This document shows, piece after piece, positions 54,235-64,000 of a DNA stretch of 64,000 nt. The stretch is from Eledone cirrhosa (lineage: Eukaryota). The first letter of the stretch is position 1. The number at the start of each line of letters is the position of its first letter. The stretch covers positions 12,462,001-12,526,000 of the forward strand of contig OZ024750.1 of assembly GCA_964016885.1 (NCBI GenBank). Direction: 5' to 3'. Position numbers and translations under genes: made by a program. The notes under the pieces are model-generated. The model saw nothing but the letters and a program-made list of their open reading frames with translations. It was not told where the DNA came from and made no database searches.

Positions 54235-54862
54235 TGCTTTGCAGCATAGAACTGCGATCCCTTACAGTCCGAGTTCAAATCCCGTCGAGGTTAACTTTGC
54301 TTTTCATCCTTACGAGGTTGATAAAATAAAGTACCAGTCACGCACTGGGGGCGATTTAATCAACTTTCCCCTCCCACAAAATTGCTGGCCTCGTGCCTAT
54401 ATATGAAACCATTATTATTATTATTAGTAGTAGTAATCAGAGATTTAGGGCAGGGGTTTGGCAGTATCATTAGAGTGTTGGACAACATGCTTTGCTATAT
54501 AGTTGTCTTTTTATGTTCTGAGTTCAAATCCTGCTGAGCTTAGCTTTGCTATTCATCCTTATAGGTTCAATAAAATAAAGTACCAGTAATGCATTGGGGC
54601 GATTTAACTGACTTTCCCTTCCCCCCAAAATTGCTGGCCTTGTGCATAAATCAGAAACCATTCTTATTATTAATTAGAGATTGGCAGTATCGGTAGAGGG
54701 TCGGATGCCATGCTTTGCAGCATAGAGCTACGATCCCTTATAGTCTGAGTTCAAATCTCGTTCAGGTTAACTTTGCCTTTCATCCTTACAGGGTCGATAA
54801 AATAAAGTACCAGTAGTGTACTGGGATAATTGCTGGCCTTGTACCAAAAGTAGAAACAATTA
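54235..54862 (+). mobile_element. remainder of the array-bearing SINE plus two more family-A SINEs
   Basis: Segments 54235-54415, 54447-54662 and 54678-54862. Confidence 0.85.
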
Positions 54863-54939
54863 ATTAGAGATTTGTATAGCAGTTATCTTGTTATTTTCAT
54901 TGTAAGATATTTTTTTCAGTTTAAAAATCATTGTCTTGA

Positions 54940-55133
54940 CAGTGACTGGTACGGAAAGAAAGAGGTTTGGACAAGCCCTAGTATTTGTTTAGCTTCCTCT
55001 CCTCTGCATTGTGGGCAGTTGTGTCCAGGTTTGGGGCCAAAGGAACAAGGTTGGCAGCAAACGAGTCACATGTCACATCCCAGATTAGGGATTTACCTCC
55101 CTCAAATGAGAAGAGAGTTATTCTGCCAGAGGT
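54940..55133 (-). pseudogene. CRE-like LINE restriction-like endonuclease fragment
   Basis: ITLFSFEGGKSLIWDVTCDSFAAN...AHNAEERKLNKY resembles the CRE RLE motif TLxPWxxGKxLxWDxTxxD...AExRKxxKY. Confidence 0.7.
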
Positions 55134-55474
55134 ACTTACTGTAATAATTGTTATCTTACATTCTCTAAGTTCAATTCCTGTTGTGGTCAACTTCATTCTT
55201 TAACTTCCCAATTCAATAAAATAAGAATTAGAAGTGAACTAAATTGATTCTTATAAAGTATGCCAAGTATCTCAGAAGGAAACCAACATAATGGATATCG
55301 TTAATGTTGATTTATAATTGATTTTTTTTTTTAAAGATAACAAAAGAATCTTCATATTTGCCTCGTTATTGTAATTACACAAAGGTAATCAGGAATTTAA
55401 TACTTCTTCTATTCTAAGCAAATATTAGCTAAAAACATCCAGGATTAAAGTTTTGATTTAACCTCTAGCATTTC

Positions 55475-55516
<42 letters not shown>

Positions 55517-55518
<2 letters not shown>

Positions 55519-55935
55519 GGGCGGTGGATTGGCAGTATCGGTAGAGGGTCGGACGCCATGCTTTCCAGCATAGTTACGTCCCTTTACGATCTGAGTTCAA
55601 ATCCCGCCGAGGTTGACTTTGCCTTTCATCCTTACGGTGTCGATAAAATAAAGTACCACTAATGCACTGGGTAATTGCTGGCCTTGTACCTAAAGTAGAA
55701 ACAATTATTATTATTATTAGGGCAGTGGATTGGCAGTATCGGTAGAGGGTTGGACGCCATGCTTTCTAGCATAGTTACGTCCCTTTATGGTCTGAGTTCA
55801 AATCCCGCCGAGGTTAACTTTACCTTACATCCTTATGGGTTGATAAAATAAAGTACCAGTCACGCACTGGGGTCGATTTAATCGACTTTTCCCTCCCCAA
55901 AAATTGCTGGCCTTGTGCCTATATAAGAAACCATT
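55517..55935 (+). mobile_element. two family-A SINEs in (ATT)n
   Basis: Short subtype at 55517-55706 and long subtype (GTCGATTTAATCGAC hairpin) at 55718-55935. Confidence 0.9.
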
Positions 55936-56239
55936 ATTATTATTATTATTATGTTGTTGTTGTTTTTGCTACTTTTGCAACTTATACTCATAGTACTAAT
56001 TTTCCAAATAGCTATATTATGTATTGGTATGTAATTGATTTTGATGTTTAGATAAGATAACCGATAATGAGTGCACGAAACGTTGATTGATTGATGCTTA
56101 TACTGTTTATCTGTGTTGTGTAGTTTTATGTAGTTTTTATTGTTGTGATGAAGAAACAAAATATTCTCATCAGTAATCTATCAGTTGACTGCTTATTGTA
56201 AATTAACCATTTCTTAATGGTGTGGATGATAGTTCATAT

Positions 56240-56458
56240 TTAACCCTTTAGCATTTAAACCAGCTGTATCCAGACAGAATTCCCTCACCTCTTTCTGTTC
56301 AAACCGGCTGTAACTGACCACTCATGCTGACATTAAGGTATTTTTCTCAAAACAAATACCAAAAAAAATCATAGATTCGATATGTGAGATAAGTATCTGA
56401 GATAAAGCCTTTACCACGAAAATATAATAGTATATATAGAGTAATGTAAATGGGTTAA
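56240..56458 (-). mobile_element. piggyBac-type MITE
   Basis: TTAACCCTTTAGCATTTAAA...GGGTTAA; reverse copy of 7003-7200. Confidence 0.75.
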
Positions 56459-57249
56459 TAAAACAAAATAACATTCTTAACCTTTAACCTTTATACCTGA
56501 AGAACAGTTGTTTTAGATGTTTCAAATACATAGGAATTTACCATTTCAAAGTTAACATTTTAAGAAAACAACATCAATACATCATTTGTTTTTAGTCTAC
56601 AGTACACAGATCTATATATTTCCTGTTGTTAAACATGTCCTCTAAATCAATCCATAGAATAATAAAACAATGTATCATTAAAGATGACGAGTTTATTACT
56701 TTATTTCACCTAATCTAGATTTATTATATAGAAACACTTATTTCTTTTTAAATACTCTAAATAAAGAAAGAGAATACACTAAGAAAATCACTTGAAATAG
56801 TTTTATTCTGTCCAATTGTTTTCATTTGTTTAAATATCGCTTGAATAAGATTAAAAAAAATTTAATATCCTTTTTGAATAATTTAATTAGTGGCCAGTAT
56901 TTATATTAAATATTTTTTTTTTACATTTGTATTTTTTTTTAAACTAGTGTTGGTTCTACAAATCCTAACAACAACAACAAAAATGTTTACGACTGAATAA
57001 ACCTTGTGAAAGTGGTTGTTATTTATTTTCAGCTACATTGTTTTAAGAAAGTAGAAGTGTGTGCTATGCCTTGAGATATAGAACAATCGCACAATACCAA
57101 TGGTAGAACTGTTGACTCTCCTAGATGATATGTGTAAACCCAGATCTGTCTTTCTTGGAAATTATTCCACTTTTTCTTTAAATATTTTCCATTGCCATCA
57201 TATCTGAATTTGTACCAAATTGATTCCATTGCATTATTATGTTTCAGTG

Positions 57250-58712
57250 AATTGGCAGTATCGGTAGAGGGTTGCACGCCATGCTTTCTAGCATAGTTAT
57301 GTCCCTTTACAGTCTGAGTTCAAATCCCGCCGAGGTTAACTTTGCCTTTCATCCTTACGGGGTCGATAAAATAAAGTACCAGTAATGTACTGAGTAATTG
57401 CTGGCCTTGTGCCTAAAGTAGAAACAATTATTATGTATTATGCAGAATGAGGATTTCTTTAGAAAACTAAAACATTATCACAAGACAATTGTTTAAGTTT
57501 TGTTTTACTTTAATATCTTTGTTTTGCATGTTGATTAGACATAGAAAATGTGGTGAAAAGCTCAAGAATTAGGTTTAAAACTAGTTAGATTCAAGTGACA
57601 TATTTTTCAAAATGACATTTTTTTTTTAATAACATTTGTTTGCTTTTATTTTCTTTCCTTTAATTTTCTTTGTTGTGCCAAGAATATTAAGCAGGTATTG
57701 TCATGAAATAACAGTAAACATGTTAATTGTCACTTCATAGCAACAATGCTTATTTAAACATTGCAACAAGTGATTTTCACTTAAGTTGCTTTTCTAGAAT
57801 AAAGTTAATTTCTCAAAGATAAAATTGAATTCATACACTATTTTTTTTTCATTTACTGTAATTTTGTTTGGCTTTCTTTGCTAAAGTACATCTTACAAAA
57901 TTCATTCATCAAATAACTTTTATTTTTTTACTTTGAACAAATTTATCAACAGAAACTGCAAAAATATTTTAGTTTGAACAAATTATAATAATCTAGGGGA
58001 TTTACAAAAAGTTGTTTTTACTCTTCTCCAATATATTCTCCAATACATATCTCTTTTATAAATTTGAGTCCAATGAAAATCATTATCATTATTAGGTGAT
58101 ATGATTGGCGGTGGATTGGCAGTATCGGTAGAGGGTCGGACGCCATGCTTTGACGTATATAGTTACAGCCCTTGCCATTCTGAGTTCAAATCCCGCTGAG
58201 GTTAACTTTGCCTTTCATCCTTACGGGGTCGATAAAATAAAGTACCAGTAACGCTCTGGGATAATTACTGGCCTTGTGCCAAACGTAGAAACAATTATTA
58301 GGTGCTATGGATTGTCAGTATCGGTTGAGCATCAGACATGCTTTGTGGTATAGCTATGGCTCTCTACATTCTGAGTTCAAATCCTCCCGAGGTTAGCTTT
58401 GTCTTTCATCCTTATGGGGTCGATAAAATAAAATACCAGTAATGCACTGGGATCTATTTATCGACTTTCCACTCCTCTCAAATTCTGGTTGTGTGCTTAT
58501 AGTAGAAATCATCATTATTAATTTATGGTGGATTGGCAGTATCGGTAGAGGGTCGGGCGCCATGCTTTGAAGCATAGAGTTACCTCCCTTTATGATCTGA
58601 GTTCAAATCCCGCCGAGGTTAACTTTGCCTTTCATCCTTACGGGGTCGATAAAATAAAGTACCAGTAATGCACTGGGATAATTGCTGGCCTTGTGCCAAA
58701 AGTAGAAATAAT
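57250..58712 (+). mobile_element. four family-A SINEs
   Basis: Copies at 57250-57430, 58107-58297, 58307-58508 and 58527-58712. Confidence 0.85.
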
Positions 58713-58719
58713 TATTAAT

Positions 58720-58750
<31 letters not shown>

Positions 58751-59574
58751 TTAATATTTTCCTCCTAGTCTCTGTAGCCTGATTTTGATTCTTTGTTGAA
58801 TCAGAAACCATTATCAGGGGTTGTGCTGGTTCTTAATTTGGGGTTAGTTGCATCATTATTGTTAGATTATTAGGGGCTGCATTTGGTTCTTAATTTGGGG
58901 TTAGTTGCATCATTACTTATTGTCAGATTATTATATGAACTTAGGTGTTCAGAAAGGCGAGTGGGGGGGACCTTTGGGAGTTTTTCAAGCTGACACTTGT
59001 ATACCACATTAGAATTAACAATATTTCTAAAATTCATTTTATCGAAACAAATCAATATTATTCCATTCCTCACCTTCCTGCTATTTCTAGTTGTAAGATT
59101 CAGCATCAAATTTTTCAGATAATTGTTTTTGAAAGATTTCTGTCTGATGACAAAGTTCATCATCATCATCACCTTCACCATCATCACCACCACCATCATC
59201 ATTATCATCATAATCATCATTATTATCATTATCACCACCATTATTATCATTATCATCATCATCATTATCTTCATTGTCATCCACTTTACTTTGATAATCA
59301 TCATCTTCATTGTTATCATCATTAGTATTTTCATCATAATTGCTATTATCTTCATTATCACCTTCATCCCCATTATTTTTATCGTCGTCTTCATCATTAT
59401 TATTAACACTAGATGAGGACAACGTCTTTTCCATCTTTTCTCTCTAGTACAAGATAATCACTGATGATGTCACAGATATGTATGACGAAGGAACTTTGAG
59501 AAACCATATTTATATTTTTAACTGTTGGTCAATCAATGATAAACATTGATTGCCAGCTTAATTATTTATAGGAA

Positions 59575-59940
59575 TCATCATCATCATCACCATTTTACGT
59601 CCGCTTTTCCCTTCTTGCAAGGGTGGGACAGGTCCTATTCAGCACAGCATCTCTCCACTTGTCATATGGTCCTTTGTCATCTCCTCTGTGAGTTTCAGCA
59701 ATCTGAGGTCTGCTCTCACCACCTCAGCCCATGTTTTTTGTGGTTTTTCTCTACTGCATCTTCCTTCTACTGGCATTTCTTTGCACTTCTTTACCTAGCG
59801 GTCATCCTCCATGCGCATCACATGTTCATACCATCGCAGTCTTCTCTCCTGCACACTACAACTTATCCCTCTTAAACACAGTTTCTCTCTCAACACATCC
59901 ATGCTCAGTCGTTCACGTGCATTGACATGGCACATCCAAT
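59575..59940 (-). mobile_element. RTE 3' fragment (another subfamily)
   Basis: (CAT)n tail, ACGTCCGCTTTTCC..CTTGCAAGGG end and RRLRWY-coding sequence. Homolog at 42427-42625. Confidence 0.7.
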
Positions 59941-61284
59941 ATAAAGATATACTAAAGCGAAAACCAAACCAAACTAAATAGAGAGTGTGTTTTACTATAT
60001 TTTTCTGGCATAATTAGAACATGATCCTCCCCAAATATAACAATTAAAAAATGTCATTATGTGAAATCATAAATGCCATAACTGTCTTTTATGCCACCAT
60101 GAATTCTATTGAAATTTTGTTGTTGTTACAGTTAATACTGATTCAAATGAAGTTTATCAGCAGATTATAATTTTCAGCTGTTTCAATAACCACTTTTATT
60201 ATTTAAAACCATATTTTATTAGAGTTGTCAACTTCACCATTTGTTATTATTTTAGAACTGGTGAATTAATTCCCTTCTTCCGGTTCTCAGCACATTCTTC
60301 CCTGATTAATCTTTTAAAAAACAATTTTTTGATTAGTTTACTCAAATTTCTAAAAAAAAAATTTTTTTTAAATGTTGTTTATGAATGACTTAAGATTAAT
60401 TTGTCCCTCATGGTTACCTGGCAGTATAATTTATTAAATTATTAATTTTATTTCTATGTTGTCAATAATATCATTTGATTACCTTTACTGGCTGTTTATC
60501 TGTTAGTTCACTGGAAAACACATTTTATATGCTCTTTCGATATAATGAGGCTAAAGTTAAATCTATTTAGAAACAAAATATTTTGTTGTTGTCTCTACAC
60601 ATGTTTTCAAAGCATATTTGCTAAACTCCTTATCTATAATATAAAAGAAGAGCTGTTTCTCTGTCTGTCGATCACACTTATATGTATGTAAGATGGCTAA
60701 CTGAATACGCATGTTTTTCTCTCCCCTATTTTTTTCTTAATTTTTCCCCCATTCCTTCCTCATATCACTCTTTATTTTCTATTCATCTTCTCATTCTAAC
60801 TATCTTCTGATGGACTAGTGTCATGTATATATATGCTTATGCGTGTGTTTGTATACCTTCCATATACTGTACCCATTGTGTTGTTATTTCTGTTTACCTT
60901 TTACATACACATATATATATATATAATACATAGTTTTATTTTTTGGTTGTTTGTGTGTATGTCTGTGTGTATGTCCGTCAACATATAGACAAAGCAACTC
61001 AGACTTTAAAAAAAGATTTTTTTTTTTCTAGGACAGGTTGTTGTTGGGAGAGAAATATAGTGAGAGAGAGAGAGAATGTGTATGAAAGATAGAAGGGTAG
61101 GTAGAGAGTGTTGTCATCATAGTAACTAACAAGGGGTGCACATTTTAAGTGCAAGTCTGTCAACAAATGTGGAAAAAAAACTGTGTGTGTGTCTGTCTGA
61201 TTGTGTATGTGTTACTGTATGTCCTTCAACATATAGACAGCACAACACATACTTAAAAAAAAAAATGACCAGGGCATTTGTTTA

Positions 61285-61329
<45 letters not shown>

Positions 61330-61639
61330 AAACGGCCACTTTCCACGATTGCATGGGTTAGACAGGTTGTCCCATTTGAGGCTAGTTGGGTCAGGTGGCT
61401 CTCGTGCTTATATAGAACTGTGTCTGGCTAGATTTCTACAGCTGGATGCCCTTCCTAATGCCAACCACATTTACAGTGTGTGCTAGGTCCCTTTTGTTGT
61501 GACTCCTACAGGACCACTAACGCTAACGATAGGAAGGGCACCCAGCTGTAGAAACCAAACCAAAATCGGTTCTGTATGAGCAGAAGTAGAAGCTCCTATA
61601 TAAAACGTTCATACCATAAATCTAGAAGCTCAGGACAGC

Positions 61640-61930
61640 TTTTCCCAATGTATTTTCATTAAGATTATATGCGGTTAGAATGTCTCAGGAAAGAAATGCT
61701 GGACAGATTTTAAAAGTAAAAACCAACTGGCAGGTGACCCAGGAGTAGACCCTGAGCAAGATGGTTGGATAACATCCATGAGTTTGGCTGGTCTCACTTA
61801 GGGATCTAGCTGGATCAGTTGGAAATGGTTGCTTATGACAATAATCGCTGGAAGGAGTGTTTGAGGACTCGGTCCCCACGACCCTCTCAGAAATAAGTGG
61901 AAGGGGATGGAGGGGGAGATGGAGAAGAAC
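61640..61930 (+). pseudogene. RTE (Expander/Rex3-like) C-terminal relic
   Basis: KPTGR*PRSRP*ARWLDNIHEFGWSHLGI...PRPS. Homolog at 34725-34868. Confidence 0.6.
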
Positions 61931-62585
61931 ATATAAAACTTTCATGCATAACAAATTCTATAAGAATTTTCTGTTCCTCTTTGATATTAATAGAGAAATA
62001 AAATCTAGGAAAACCATCTCGATGGTGTTTTTACATTATTTTAATCCCAGTAATACAGTGATATGTTTTTATTGTTTTGTTTAATTAATGTTTTTTTTGT
62101 TAATTAATTTTTTAATTTCTATAAAATACCATATAACACGGTGTTCTCTATTGGTAAATATTAATTAATAAAATTTATTTCTGCTTCTCATTAAAAGGTT
62201 TATTGCCCTAAAGTAATGGAATACTTATCATAATGACAGCTACAACAAAATGTGAGTATATTCAATTTATATGAATTATGAATATTAATTAATTAAAAAT
62301 TTCGAAAGCTTAAGTTTTGATTAGCTATTACGTATTTGAAATAGAATCCTTTAAATCATAATATTGTAATAAAACTGCTGACTCTATATATACTATAACA
62401 GTTAAAGTGAATTAGTTTATATAGCTGACATGATTATTGCTAAAGTTGTGTACTTTAAACATTCTATAAACTTCATGTTTCTATTTTATTTATACAATAT
62501 TTTTAACTTTATATTTCAATTACAATATTTTTGTTCTGTTTTCATTTTTTGTCTATATTTATTTATTTATCTAATATCTATAAAT

Positions 62586-62968
62586 GTGCATGGCTTAGTG
62601 GTTAGAGCACTGGGTTTGCAATCGAAAGGTTGTGAGTTCAGTTCTTGGACCGGGTGATGTGTTGTTTCCTTGAGCAAGACACTTTATTTCACATTGCTCC
62701 AGTTTACTCAGCTGTAGAAATGAGATGATAGGGACCCCAGTCTCTATCATTCCACTGTAAAGTGGACGTGGAGGTGCCGTGGCAAAAAAGCACCCAGCAC
62801 TCAGGGTAAATGAGGTTGGTGTTAGGAAGGGCATCCAGCTGTAGAAATTAAGCCAGAATCAGTTCCCGTATGAGCAAGAGAGCATCAGCCGACCGGACAC
62901 TGCCCACAACAGGACAACCTGTCTAACCCATGCTAGCGTGGAAGAACGGACGTAAAACGGTGATGATA
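62586..62968 (+). mobile_element. tRNA-derived CORE-like SINE with RTE tail
   Basis: Same head and body as 22733. The tail is nearly identical to the LINE 3' UTR at about 24690-24950. Confidence 0.88.
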
Positions 62969-63279
62969 TATATTTGTCAATAAATATATTTTTCAGTTAA
63001 AATTAAAATATACGATTTTGTAATTTCAATCCTGTATACTCAAGGCAGAATTCTAGGAGAAGGAAAACTCTGATATAACACCTGCAACCCTGATGGTATC
63101 CAATGATGTTGACTTTTTCTTCTTTTTGGTAAATATCATCTTGGTTAAGAGAGTGGGACTGGCTTTGTGCAGTACCTTTGCTCACTATAAAAGCTTCACA
63201 GCACAGGCATTTCTTTATATCTGGAGATCTCTCTGCACTTGTCGTCATATGGTACCATGGGCCCAGCACTGTGTCAATA

Positions 63280-63425
63280 ATTGTCACAAGTGTAGTGTTT
63301 GTACCAGAGTTTTCAAGTCGCTGGCTGGACTAAAAAGTCACACTCTTTCAGGGCATCGGTAGGGGTTCTCCTACATGGATATAAAGTAGTGGCCATACTC
63401 GAAAACGAGTTGGCAGTCACCACCA
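63280..63425 (+). mobile_element. RTE/BovB-like 3' end with terminal C2H2 finger
   Basis: [17 protein letters not shown] followed by a short UTR. Confidence 0.45.

Positions 63426-64000
<575 letters not shown>

Noticed and set aside
53201-54278. CRISPR-like 29-bp repeats and overlapping ORFs
   Set aside because: The units are contiguous with no unique spacers, there are no cas genes, and they derive from a SINE.
58870-59434. Acidic or His-rich ORFs, possibly a transposase N-terminus
   Set aside because: Dominated by degenerate (CAT)n, with stops immediately downstream and no recognisable domain.
60630-60680. Helitron-like 5' end (ATCTATAATATAAAAG)
   Set aside because: No matching 3' hairpin-CTAG was found.

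Overview
AT-rich, repeat-saturated eukaryotic genomic DNA. The SINE, LINE and microsatellite landscape resembles my recollection of octopod cephalopod genomes; that is an inference, not a database result. There is a 200-N gap at 19623-19822. I could not recognise any host protein-coding exon, and most long ORFs in the track are microsatellite artefacts. Supported content: a 5'-truncated, disabled RTE-clade LINE (APE remnant, RT, PHD-like finger; 35.3-38.3 kb) plus shorter RTE copies; about 30 copies of a tRNA-derived Nin/Deu-domain SINE; a CORE-like SINE family with exchangeable tails; fragments of restriction-like-endonuclease LINEs (Dong/R4-like and CRE-like); a decayed pogo/Tigger transposase; TTAA-flanked piggyBac-type MITEs; a complete non-autonomous Helitron; and many micro- and minisatellites. 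The signals most worth follow-up are: (i) several distinct Penelope-type minimal hammerhead-ribozyme motifs, one in a ~172-bp tandem (retrozyme-like) and others at the centre of fold-back palindromes; (ii) satellites born inside TEs, notably 34 x 29 bp of a SINE A-box region; (iii) a LINE copy whose internal deletion matches GT-AG boundaries; (iv) abundant hairpins and inverted TE pairs that could be dsRNA/ADAR substrates if transcribed.
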